NCBI RefSeq assembly: GCF_006345805.1
Contig: NC_042997.1
Coordinates: forward strand, 112,406,001-112,470,000
Direction of reading: 5' to 3'
From: Octopus sinensis
Lineage: Eukaryota
Length of the DNA stretch: 64,000 nucleotides
Shown here: positions 1 through 11,645 of the stretch, one piece after another
Position numbering within the stretch: the first letter of the stretch is position 1
How the letters are laid out: every line of letters starts with the position of its first letter
Position numbers and translations under genes: made by a program
Notes under the pieces: model-generated
Seen by the model: only the letters and a program-made list of their open reading frames with translations
Told to the model about the DNA's origin: nothing
Database searches by the model: none

Positions 1-41
1 ACAGAAAGAGAGAAAAAGAGACAAGGAGAGGAGAGAGAGAG

Positions 42-72
<31 letters not shown>

Positions 73-220
73 GACAAAGGAAAGAGAGAGAGAGAGGGGT
101 GTGGAAAGAGGGGAGAAAGAGAGAGAGGAGAAAGAGAGAGAGGAGAAAGAGAGCGGGAGAGAGACACACACAGAAAGAGAGAAAAAGAGACAAGGAGAGG
201 AGAGAGAAAGAGACAGAGGT
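1..220. repeat. GA/CA low-complexity simple repeat
   Basis: (GA)n and (CA)n runs with a repeated acacagaaagagagaaaaagagacaaggagag unit. Confidence 0.9.
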
Positions 221-350
221 TAGTTAATAAAATTAGGCTTAATTGCAATGACATTCATTTAAAGTCAAAAACAACCGAAATTTGTTTTTAGATTTCCTTC
301 CAGAGAATTAAAAAATATGGATAAAAGAAAAACAAAAAGGAAGATCTTAC

Positions 351-558
351 AGATCCAAAGTCAATTTCATTGTCGCCTGTTTTGGTAAGTTCCATGACAA
401 TCCCCTCTGAATCAGTACAGAAAACAGCACAGTTTATAGAATAGCCACCCCCTTTGATGTTCAGCTGTAAAGGGGCTGCCTTTCCCGTCACAATACATGA
501 TGCGTTGAAGCTGACAATCTTTGACACCAAAGGCAGGAAATATATACTGATGGGAAAC
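351..558 (-). CDS. HYDIN: HYDIN exon 16 of 16 in window (FPISIYFLPLVSKIVSFNASCIVTGKAAPLQLNIKGGGYSINC...EIDFGS); gene continues beyond position 1
   Basis: cag|G acceptor, TCT|gtaaga donor, 208 nt. Resembles human FPIDIFFTP...VTLNVKAEGYTMN. Confidence 0.92.
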
Positions 559-775
559 CTGTTGACAGAGCAGAAACAAGAAAAGGTTTGAAGTGAAAAA
601 AAAAAGAGAATCAATATTCAATAAGTGCAGAGTGACAGTGGTAAGCAGTGATGAGTAGAAATACAGACTTGTTACCAGTTTGTAGTGGGGGAAAAGAGTA
701 GCAGAAGATGTTGAGGAAGCAGATGAAAGAGGCATGGGGACGACTTCAAAGCAAAACAATGGGAAAACATCGGAT

Positions 776-1420
776 TCATCATCATCGTTTAACGTCCATT
801 TTCCAAGCTAGCATGGGTTGGACGGTTTGACCGGGGTCTAGGAAACCAGGGGGCTGCACCAGGCTCCAGTCTGATCTGGCAGTGTTTCTACAGCTGGATG
901 CCCTTCCTAACGACAACCACTCCGTGAGTGTAGTGGGTGCTTTTTACGTGTCACCGGCACAGGTGCCAGGCAAGGCTGGCATCGGTCACGTTCGGATGGT
1001 GCTTTTTACGTGCCACCGGCACGGGTATCACAACTACAATTTCCATTTGATTTTTGTTTTGATCCAAGGTAAACACAGTAGGCCGTCCTGTGATCCAAAG
1101 CACTTTGAATGGGCAGGGGCTGCTATGTGAAGCTGGTGCAGGAAACAGCCATGAACTCACGTTATTTGTCAGGTCACAGCATATCTCCAGAGGTCTCAGT
1201 CTTCTGTCATTGCCCCTGTGAGGCCCAACGTTCGAAGGTCATGCTTGACCACCACATCCCATGTCTTCCTGGGTCTACCTCTAGCCTGGATTCCTTCAAC
1301 TGTTTGGGAGTGGCACTTCTTTACACATCTCTCCTCATCCATCTGTAGTACATGACCATACCAGCACAAACGTCTCTCTTGCATACCACATCCGATGCTT
1401 CTTATGTCCAGCATTTCTCT
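776..1420 (-). mobile_element. RTE LINE 3' fragment (ORF end plus 3' UTR, (GAT)n tail)
   Basis: Minus-strand QERRLCWYGHV...GRPRKTWDVVVKHDLRTLGL matches the C-terminus of the RTE at 7650-7850. It is followed by the same UTR and tail. Confidence 0.85.
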
Positions 1421-2019
1421 CGTAGTTTAAATAATTTATTTAAACAACACTTGCATTTATTTGTTGTATACACCAAAAAATTCACTACATGACATTACCA
1501 ACTTACTTTGAGTTGGTGAAGAAGAAAATAAACGGGGGAAATACTGTGCCGATATGATGTGGTAAAACTGGACATGTTTTGTGTCTGTGTGTGCATTGGT
1601 CATTCAGTGGTGTCTGTTTATGTTCTGTGACCGTTACTGTGTTGGGCCATTCGTGCCGAATATCTGGTTCTCTGTTGGCTACTTGACCGGTGCAAGGCTG
1701 TCTCTTGAGAGTTCACCTAGTAACAGCTTTTTGCCGTACCTTAACAGATTGCTGTATTTATAATGGTCAGGACAGCTAGCAGGACAGACATAGCACAGGA
1801 GTAATTTCTACTTTTGTAGGTCACCTCCCAGTCACTTGAACCTTAAATGACATGGCTCAAGTCGTAGGTCGAAGGAAAAACTATCCATCACTTTTTGATA
1901 GGACAAAGAAATTTCTTTCGCGCCTGTTTGGCCAATGGTGGCTCAGACGAGCGAGAATCCTTAGATTCGGTTTCGAATCTCGGCTCGGAAAACGGAAGTG
2001 TTAGTTTTCACAAGTTTAA

Positions 2020-2210
2020 CCCTTTTGTTACTGTATCTATTTTGAGATGCTCTGTATTTCTTTCAATTACTTTAAAGTTATCATTAAGCTAGTGTTAGGA
2101 ACATAAATTGTGACTAAGGTTTGGTGGAAGATTTTAATTCAAAACTTATAAAAACAAGACATTTATACTCAGAGCCAGAGTTGGTTTCAGCTGGGTTGGT
2201 AACAAAAGGG
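2020..2210. mobile_element. piggyBac-type MITE with TTAA TSD
   Basis: TTAA|CCCTTTTGTTAC ... GTAACAAAAGGG|TTAA. Two further copies, in the opposite orientation, at 32003-32202 and 32234-32454. Confidence 0.85.
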
Positions 2211-3889
2211 TTAAATATATTTGAGGCATATTGGAACCTGTAGGAAAATAATTCACTGTATTTTGTCATGGAGAATATTTCTTGCTGTAGATAAGAGTGG
2301 CTGTGTGGTAGTAGCTTGCTTCCCAACCACATGGTTACAGGTTCAGTCCCTCTATGTGGCACCTTGGGCAAGTGTCTTCTACTATAGAAATGGGTCAGCC
2401 ATCACCTTATGAGTGCATTTGGTAGAGGTGTGTGTGTGTGTGTGTTTTGAAATCATAGCTGTAAATGAGCATCACTGTCATACAAGCGATGTTCTTCATT
2501 TCCAGTCTTCTGTGAAAAGCATGCTTGGCCAAGCGGAAACATTACCTAATTTGGAAACAGGTGAGGGATGCAAACAATAGCAGCAACTGGCCATAAAAGA
2601 ATCTGCTTTAATAAATTCCGTCCAACCGAAGCAAGCATGGAAAAGTGGATGTTAAATGACGATGATGCACTGCTGAAACCAGGGGTGCATCTAGTATGTC
2701 TGTGCATGTTTTATGCCATCAAATATGATAATAAAAGAGATTGCAGTGGATTTCCTCTCAGCTGAGACAAGTTATTGAATACCAACTTGTTACCAGTTCA
2801 AATATGCTGGAAGCATACTCAAACACATAAGAAATCCATTCATTTTATTAGGTCATGGAAAATATTTCTCACTGTGAACAAATAGGTGTAAATCCCCTAA
2901 CCAGATAACTGCTGGATGACTGCAGCAGGTTATCTCCTCTTCAGCAACAAAGTTTGGAGGGAAAAGAACTTTGTTACCAGCAGCAGCAACAGCGGAAGCT
3001 CCCTGAAGTTTCCCAATCTGTTCTTCTCCTGGCTCCCATGCTTTGGGAGCACTCACCTTCCTTGCTAATTACATCTCCCAGGTAACAAAAGCTATCGCCT
3101 ACTTTCATTGAACCATTTGGGCATTTAAGAGCACTTGTTCCCAGTGAGCATGTACTGCTCCAGTTTACCTGTCACATATGAAGTTTACGTTCTCTACTAA
3201 TCTTCCTGTGATTTCACATCTCTTGTGCGTCCAATGCTTGCGTACAGCACATGGGGTTTATACATACTCTTTGCCTACATTGTGATACTTGTGCCGGTGG
3301 CATGTAAAAGAACCATCCAAACGTGGCCGAGGCCAGCGCTGCCTTGACTGGCATCGGTGCTGGTGGCATGTAAAAAGCACCAACCGATAGTGGAAAATGC
3401 CAGCCTCCCCTGGCACCTGTGCCAGTGGCATGTAAAAAGCACCCACTACACTCACAGAGTGGTTGGTGTTAGGAAGGGCATCCAGCTGTAGAAACACTGC
3501 CAGATCAGACTGGAGCCTGGTGCAGCCTCCTGGCTTCCCAGACTCCGGTCGAACCATCCAACCCATGCTAACAGGGAAAACGGACATTACACAATGATGA
3601 TGATGATGACTGTGCTCTACATCTCTTATGTTGACTTCCTCTGAAGGTGGAGGAAGAGAGGAATGGCAGCAATGGGACCAAGAAAAAATAGAAAAAGAAT
3701 TGAAGAAGAACAACAAGCAGCACTGCTGCCACTGCCACCATCCTCGTCCTCCTAACAAGGTCCCGGGGCTTTGATTACACAATGATAATATTCATATAAT
3801 ATTTAGGCTTATCAAAAGTTCATGTTCAGTAATTATTGTTAATTAAAAAAAAGAAAAAAGAAATAAAGGAACTGGTTCCAACAAGTTGT

Positions 3890-4040
3890 TACCGTGATTT
3901 CGGTGCCACTGTTCCTGACATTGGTTCTATTTTTAGCTTGGAAGGAATTCCAGCAGAGAAGCAACTGTCTTCTGTGAAAGCAAATTCAAATTCACATTCT
4001 TCGTTGTTCACAAGATAAACGGTTTCTGTTATAGAATGGT
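3890..4040 (-). CDS. HYDIN: HYDIN exon (HSITETVYLVNNEECEFEFAF...IEPMSGTVAPKS)
   Basis: cag|AC acceptor, CG|gtaaca donor, 151 nt. Resembles human ETVQIINKEE...CPMEGWIPPLSR. Confidence 0.9.
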
Positions 4041-5317
4041 CTGGAAAAGGAATCAGAGAGGAGAAAAAAGAAAACATTTGTTTAATAAAGATGATTTGTC
4101 TGTGTGTCTTCTTGTTTTGGCATCGCATGGACATTGTTCATCTTTTATCTCTTACTCGTTTCAGTCATTGAAGAAGTTTCAGTCGAATGAATCAACCTCA
4201 GGATTTGTTTTTTTCTTTTTTAAACCTGGTATTTATTCTATCGGTCTCTTTTGCCAAACCACTAAGTTACTGGTGTGTAAACACACCGACAATGGTTAGC
4301 GAGCAGTGGTAGTGGGCAAACACACACACATGATGGGCTTCTTTCAGTTTTCAGTTACCAAGTACACTCACAAAGCTTAAGTCAGCCTGAAGCTACAGTA
4401 GAAGACACTTGCCCAAGGTGCCACACAGTGGGGTTGAACCTAGACCCACGTAGTTGGGAAGCAAACTTCGTATGGCACAGCCATACCTGTGCCTATCATC
4501 ATCCACATGGTATTGTTCATTTCCAATTTTCGTTGCAAAACCTATCTGGCCATTGGGAAATATTACCTTACTTGGAAACGGGCAAGAATTGCTGACATTA
4601 AGGGCATCCAGCCATTGAAAACCTCCCTCAACAACTGTCTGACCCATCTGACCCATGTAAACAAGGAGAGGTGGATGTTAAATGATGACAATAATGAGAA
4701 TGATGCCAGCACTCAGTCAGTTATGGCAACGAGGGTGCCAGTTGAGAGGATTGAAGCAACAAGTAAAATGTCTTGCTGAAGGACACAATCTACCACCAGG
4801 AATTGAACTGCTGACCTTATGACTGTGAGCTGAATTTGCTAGCCACTAAGCCATGTTTCTACACCATGACAATGATGACATCATACACAACATTATATGA
4901 CTTTTAGATTTATGAGACCTAACTCGTTAGCTACTGATTTATACCTGTCCATTTCTGATCCTTTTAATTAAAACATTTCTTTGCAGGAATCACTTAATTG
5001 AATCCTACATTAGAATATTTACTGAATCTGAGACATGGGAACAGAGTTTAACAAACAAGGCATTAAAAATCAGAACCTGAGATTCTACATGAACTGTCTC
5101 AGACTTGAACTCCTGAGCAAAAGGAATAAATAGTTGCAGACACGGCTGAAGAGTAACAACTGCAGGCAAACTAAAGGACAGAATAACAGTAATAGGCCCA
5201 TCTCTCAACTACCATATTTACTCATCCAAATTGTTACTTTCCTCATTACTTTTACCAGTTTGATGGTCTGAATCACTCATTACTGGTCAAAGAATAAATT
5301 CCATTCATAATTTGCTA

Positions 5318-8300
5318 GGGGCTTCCATGGTGTACATGGAGGCTACAGTTATGGTTCCCGCAACGAGGAGGGAGCCAGGCTGCTGGAGTTCTGCGATGCG
5401 AATAATCTTATGGTTTGCAACACTAACTTCAGGAAACCTACCAGCCACCTAGTCACCTACCGATCAGGCCGACATACGAGCCAAATCTACAACATCCTTG
5501 CCAGAAAAAGGGAAAGACGGCTGCTTATTAATGCCAAAACCTTCCCAGGAGAAGAATGTACCCCACAACATAGACTGGTAGTTAGTGACTTTAGGATCAG
5601 GACTAAGAGGACAACCAGAAGACGACCAACATGGAGAAGAAGGGTCTGGAAGCTTAAAGATCCTACGAATGGACAGAAATTTAGAGACATATTACTTGAA
5701 GCCTTTGACGAAATAGAAGGGGATATAGCTTCACATGCAGTAGAAGACAACTGGAGGTTTCTAAGGGACAACCTGCTGAGAGCCACTGACCAGATCTGTG
5801 GTTGGTGCAAAGTCCCCTCAAGACCCAAAATAACGTGGTGGTGGAACAATATTGTTGACAGGGCTATTAGAGAAAAGAGACAGGCTTGGAAGGACTGGAA
5901 GAATGGGGGTAGCAGGGAAGTGTATCAGACTGCCAGAAGGGAAGCTAGGAGGCAATGTATTTAGCCAGAGGGGAAGCAGATAAGAAAAAATTTGCCAATG
6001 TTCTGTGCTGTGAGGATGAAAGACATGAGGTATTTTGTGTTGCAAGATAGTGTGTGAGAGAGAATCGTGATGTGGTAGGAGAGAAATGTGTTCGCATGGA
6101 TGATGGTTCACTTGCGCTAAGTGAGGATGCAAAGAGAGAGGTTTGGAGACGCCACTATGAAAGGTTGCTGAATAAAGAAAATGAATGGGATAAAGAGAGT
6201 CTGCCGAATTTCGACCCAACAGAGGGACCAGCTATCCGAGTTGACAGTTCCTTGGGAGTTAAGGCAATTAGAAGCATGAAGACAGAGAAAGCCTCAGGCC
6301 CATCAGGAATTACTGCAGAGATGCTCAAAATATCTGGTAGTGTTAGCTATAGCCTAGTCACCCGTATAGTTAACCAGGTGATACATGAAGGAGCCATTCC
6401 CAATGACTGGTGTAGCAGCATAATAGTCAACTGCTACAAAGGTAAAGGTGACGCCCTAGATACAAATAGCTACAGGGGTATCAAGCTGCTGGATCAGGTA
6501 ATGAAGGTTACAGAGAGGGTTATAGCCCAACTAATTAGAGAGAGAGTTAGCTTAGATGAGATGCAGTTTGGGTTTGTGCCAGGGAAAAGTACTACTGATG
6601 CTATATTCCTGGTAAGACAGCTGCAGGAGAAATACCTAGCCAAAGATAAGCCCCTGTACCTGGCTTTTGTTGACATGGAGAAAGCCTTCAACAGGGTCCT
6701 CCGATCCCTTATCTGGTGGTCAATGAGGAAACTAGGGATAGATGAATGGTTAGTGAGAGCTGTGCGAGCCATGTACAGAGACGCTGCTAGTAAGGTGAGG
6801 GTTGGCAACGAGTACAGTGAAGAATTCCGGGTAGAGGTTGGAGTCCACCAAGGTTCAGTCCTCAGCCCCCTCCTATTTATCATAGTCCTCCAGGCAATAA
6901 CGGAGGAATTCAAGACAGGATGCCCCTGAGAGCTCCTCTATGCTGATGACCTTGCTCTAATTGCTGAGTCACTATCAGAACTGGAGGAGAAGTTTCAGGT
7001 GTGGAAGCAAGGATTAGAATCGAAGGGCCTTAGAGTCAACCTAGCTAAAACCAAAGTAAGAAGATAGACAAATCACAAACGCCTTCAGGTAGCCCTGCTC
7101 GATCTGTAGAAAAGGCATAGGTAGAAACTCTATAAGGTGCACCAAGTGTAAGCTATGGACACATAAGAGGTGCAGCAATGTTCAAGGAAGGCTAACTAGG
7201 AAAATAGTTTTTGTATGTGGCAGATGCTCAGGAGCAATAAACACTGAAAATGCGCAGAGAACAACTTCCACCACATTCCACGGAGAAAAACTAGAAATAG
7301 TTGATAACTTCCGTTACCTCGGTGACCAAGTCAGTAGCAGGGGTGGGTGTGCTGAAAGTGTAACTACTAGAGTAAGAATAGCCTGGGCAAAGTTCAGAGA
7401 GCTCTTACCTCTGCTGGTGACAAACGGCCTCTCGCTCAGAGTAAAAGGCAGACTGTATGACGCATGTGTACAAACAGCCATGCTACATGGTAGTGAAACA
7501 TGGGCCGTGACTGCTGAGGATATGCGTAAGCTCACAAGAAATGAAGCTAGTATGCCACCATGGATGTGTAATGTCAGTGTTCATACTCGACAGAGTGTAA
7601 GTACCTTGAGAGAAAAGGTGGACCTAAGAAGCATCAGTTGTGGCGTACAAGAGAGACGTTGTGGCGTACAAGAGAGATGTTTGCTGGTATGGTCATGTGA
7701 CAAGAATGGATGAAGATAGTTGTGTGAAAAAGTGCAATACCCTAGTGGTTGAGGGAACCTGCGGAAGAGGTAGACCCAGGAAAACCTGGGATGAGGTGGT
7801 GAAGCACGACCTTCGAACTTTAGGTCTCACCGAGGAAATGACTATGGAAGTATGCTGTGCGTGAGAAGACCCGGCATGACAAGTAAGACCATAACCCGTG
7901 GCCTCTACTTGGGATGTAGCCAGTCCACTTATGCATACCTTTCCTTCTTGGGACACAAAACCCTACTTGTGAAGACCTGTTGAGGCAAGTGAGAATCAGA
8001 ATCAAAATCAAAATCGATCAACATCAATGGAAATTAGAGCTGTGATACGAGTGCCGGTGGCACGTAAGCGAACCATCTGAACGTGGCCATTGCCAGCACC
8101 GTGCCGACGGGCCTCCGTGCCGGTGGCACGTAAAAAGCACCATCCAATCGTGGCCATTGCTAGCCTCACCTGGCCTCCGTGCCGGTGGCATTTAAAAATG
8201 CGCCATCCGATCGTGGCTGTTTACCAGCCTCGTCTGGCACCTGTGTCGGTGGCATGTAAAAAGCACCCACTACACTCATGGAGTGGTTGGCTTTAGGAAG

Positions 8301-8420
8301 GGCATCCAGCCATTGAAACATTGCCAGATCAGACTGGGCCTTGTGCAGCCTTCTGGCTTCCCAGACCCCAGTTGAACCGTCCAACCCATGCCAGCATGGA
8401 AAGCAGACGCTAAATGATGA
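5318..8420 (+). mobile_element. 5'-truncated RTE-clade LINE (APE end, RT, C-terminus, 3' UTR); disabled
   Basis: ORF pieces 5410-5964 and 6054-6929 (GKGDALDTNSYRGIKLL, DMEKAF, HQGSVLSPLLF), then LYADDL read through the TGA at 6927, and LHGSETW. 3' UTR ends gacgctaaatgatga. Confidence 0.95.
8051..8420 (+). repeat. RTE 3' UTR / RTE-tailed short element family (many copies)
   Basis: Shared taggaagggcatccagc...ccaacccatgctagcatggaaa...gacgttaaa(tga)n. Other copies near 3270-3600, 12830-13030, 19140-19420, 20916-21285, 29300-29470 and 55300-55445 (+), and 27355-27490, 33480-33740 and 55450-55780 (-). Confidence 0.85.
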
Positions 8421-9128
8421 ATTTCCTTGGCTGCAAAGAGCCTCAGCCTTGTTTGTTTATAAGATAAAGTACAGGGTTTAATCACAAGTTCGTTCCATCA
8501 CAAAAAGTTCCATTTTTTTAATTAAAAACAAAAGTAAACCACAGCTGGGCGGGGGGCACCATTAACCTATTTCTTTACTACCCACAAGGGGCTAAACACA
8601 GAGAGGACAAACAAGGACAGACAAATGGGTTAAGACAATTATATCAACCCCAGTGCGTAACTGGTACTTATTTAATCGACTCCAAAAGGATGAAAGGCAA
8701 AGTTGACCTCGGCGGAATTTGAACTCAGAACGTAACAGCAGACGAAATACGGCTACGCATTTCGCCCAGCGTGCTAACGATTCTGCCAGTTCGCTGCCAT
8801 TAACAAGTCATAAACCTGACTACAAAACTGCAACATGATCTATTGTCTATTTCTTTAGTATTTTGTCTTCTTTTTTCTGCTTGTTCCTTCATTACCATTT
8901 TACCAGGAATCCGGTAGAGAATACGTTTAGGCTGTTCTTGCTCTACCAGGAACAAAGCATGATGGGGAGTTAGAGAAAATTCAGTCTTAAATTCTTTGTT
9001 TTAACTGAAACTGAAACACAACAAAAATCACAGAAGTGGTCTTCATTCTGGAATGATTTCCAAATGGAAGAATTTGAACTTTTTGATCAGAAATTAATTT
9101 TAAGGTAATATGATAAAGGAATACTTAC

Positions 9129-9294
9129 CAATGACCAGGCGCTTGAGCAATACATGTGACCGGTCAAATAAGATGTCAGGGTCATGGACATTGGCGACAA
9201 AAAGGAAAGGGATTTTGGTACTCTTTTGTGCAATTTGGAACTCCCAAAAGGATTCACTGTAACCGATTTGATAGGGCATGAATTCAAATACCAT
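9129..9294 (-). CDS. HYDIN: HYDIN exon (MVFEFMPYQIGYSESFWEFQIAQKSTKIPFLFVANVHDPDILFDRSHVLLKRLVI)
   Basis: cag|ATG acceptor, G|gtaagt donor, 166 nt. Resembles human ESFWTFLIP...VPFLLVG. Confidence 0.92.
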
Positions 9295-9689
9295 CTGATT
9301 GGGGAGAAAGAGAAAAAAGAATAAGATTCTTTAAGAAAGCTATTTCTGTTTGTCAGCTGAGAATGAAATTTCATAAAGGAAGATGATGATGATAAGATGC
9401 AGACACGATGGCAATAAGAATAGTAATGGTTACTGATTTGAGAACAAAGCCTGCAATTTTTTAAGGGAAGTCGGATGGTCATAATCAGTACCTAAATGAT
9501 ATTTTATTTTATGGACCCTGGAAGGATGAAAGACAAAGTTGACCTTAGTGTGGATTGAACTCAGAACATAAAAGAGCAAAAACTATGAAACATGTCAGCT
9601 TCTGATGCTTCAATGATTTTGTCAATTCAAATAATAACTTCACTCCATGAATCTTCAAAGAAGGTGGCATAGAAGTGCCACTGTGAAAA

Positions 9690-11070
9690 GGCTGATTAAT
9701 GTGGAGAATGCATGAGAGGAGGAGAGTCTGCCAAATGTGGACCCAACTGAGGGACCAGCTATCCAAATCAACAATAGCTTAGTGGATAAAGCAATTAAGG
9801 ATATGAAGACAGGGAAAGCTCCCAGCATATCAGGAATCACTGCTGAGATGCTAAAAATATCTGGTGGAGTGGGGTATAGTCTAGTCACCTGTATAGATAA
9901 CCAGGTTGTCCACAAGGGAGTCATACCCAACAATTGGTCTAGCAGCATTATAGTCAACTGCTACAAAGGTAAAAGTGACACCAGAGACGGAAATAATTAC
10001 AGAGGTATCAAAACTGCTCAATCAGATCTTGAAGGTAACAGAAAGGGCCATACCGTAACTAATTAGGAAGAGATGCAGTTTGGTTTTTGCACCAGGAAGA
10101 AGAAGTACTACTGGTGATATCTTCTTTGTAAGGCAAGTGCAGGAGAGAAGCATTTCAACAAAAATAAAATGCTGTACATGGCATTTGTTGACATGGATAC
10201 AGCTTTTGACAGGGTCCCTTGCTCCCTCATCTGGTGATTGCTGCAGAAGCTAGTGGGTAGATGAGTGGCTGGTGAGAGCCATTCAAGCCGTGAATAGGGA
10301 TGTAGTCATTAAAGAGAAAGTCTGTAACAAATTCAGTGTATGGGCAGGAGTTCACTAAGGCTCGGTTCTCAGCCCCCTTGTTTACCATAGTCTTCCAGGC
10401 CATAACAGAAGAATTCAAAACTGGTTGGTTGTGAGAGCTCCTCTATTTTGTTGACCTTGTTCTTACAACTGAATCTATAGTAGAACTAGCAGTATCACCC
10501 GGCATTTCTCGGGTTTGTTTCAACCCTTTAGAATTGGAATTTTTGAAAAGTAAAAATTTTGCATTATGTAGCTTGTTATTCTCTTTATTTCTGGTTGAAA
10601 TATACCGAAAAATGGCAACACAGCAGTCAAAAAATCGTAAAAAATAAGGATTTTCATAGAAAAAAAAGCACCTTTTTGATGTAAATAATTTTTGGTCTTA
10701 ACATGGTCCGATTTGAATTTTTTCTTCTACAGAAAGAAGAGCAAGTCTTCTTCTACCCTACTCTCAATTTTTGTCAACTTGCGCCACAGGGTCTCAGAGG
10801 AGATAGTGTTAGTTGAAGGCTACCAAACCTGCCATACACAGACAACTTCAGCTTTATATATATAGAGAGAGATTTGAGAAATTCCAGGAGTTAAAACAAG
10901 GCCGGGAATCGAAGTGACTCAGAGTTAATCTAGCAAACCAAAATACTAGGAAGAAGGAAAGCAGAAAAATTGCCAATTTCTTCAGGGAAATGTCCCTGCT
11001 CAATAATGCAGAAAAGGTGTAGGTAGAAATTTCCAGTACAGGCTAGGGACACATAAGATGTGCAGTGAAA
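9690..11070 (+). mobile_element. Degraded RTE RT fragment interrupted by a Helitron
   Basis: DPTEGPAIQINNSL...NYRGIK parallels 6227-6480. The sequence resumes after 10873 with a degraded finger region (ccctgctcaata...gacacataagatgtgcag). Confidence 0.85.
10486..10872 (-). mobile_element. Non-autonomous Helitron (about 385-bp family)
   Basis: On the minus strand A|TC...hairpin...CTAG|T with no TSD. Near-identical to 29893-30276 (+) and 38110-38498 (-). Confidence 0.9.
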
Positions 11071-11090
11071 ATACAAGAGTGCAAAATCAC

Positions 11091-11229
11091 CTCAGCTTTT
11101 TTCCCTGGTTTCACAGACCCTTGGGTAGTTAAACAGTTGAAGCCGATATTGCTCTTCTGTGGTTTCTCATCTTGATAAATCCATTCATAGGTGTATTTCT
11201 CATTGGTTGGGTTGAAAATTGGAAATGAT
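11091..11229 (-). CDS. HYDIN: HYDIN exon (SFPIFNPTNEKYTYEW...FNCLTTQGSVKPGKKAE)
   Basis: tag|A acceptor, GAG|gtgatt donor, 139 nt. Resembles human FTILNPTN...FTCLTEKGFIHPEKKAE. Confidence 0.92.
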
Positions 11230-11279
11230 CTACAATGGATAAAAAATGGTGAAAAATACAAGGAATATCAAATTGGCAA

Positions 11280-11645
11280 CCCACCATCATCAACATCATT
11301 AGCATCATCATCTTTGTTATCGTGTCATCTTCAATGTCAGCACCATCATTACCACTCTCCCCTCCTCCTCATCACCATCATCAAAATTATCATGTCATCC
11401 GCATTGTCACCCACATCACCACCATTGCTGTCATCATCAAGATCGTCATCACATAGTCTTCATAGTCATCATCATTACCACTCTTACCACCAACACCACC
11501 ACCACAACCTCCACCACCATCACTACCACCACCACCACCACCACCATCACAACCACCACCACAACCTCCGCCTCCATCACCACCTCAACCTCCACCTCCA
11601 CCACCATCATCACAACCACCACCACATCTACCACCAATACCACTC
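11280..11645. repeat. (CAT)n/(CAC)n trinucleotide low-complexity tract
   Basis: Explains the spurious His-rich ORF 11191-11712. Confidence 0.9.

Noticed and set aside
5005-5208. Candidate extra HYDIN exon
   Set aside because: Exons 9129 and 4040 already join in phase (LVI-D-HSIT) and match the human alignment without a gap.
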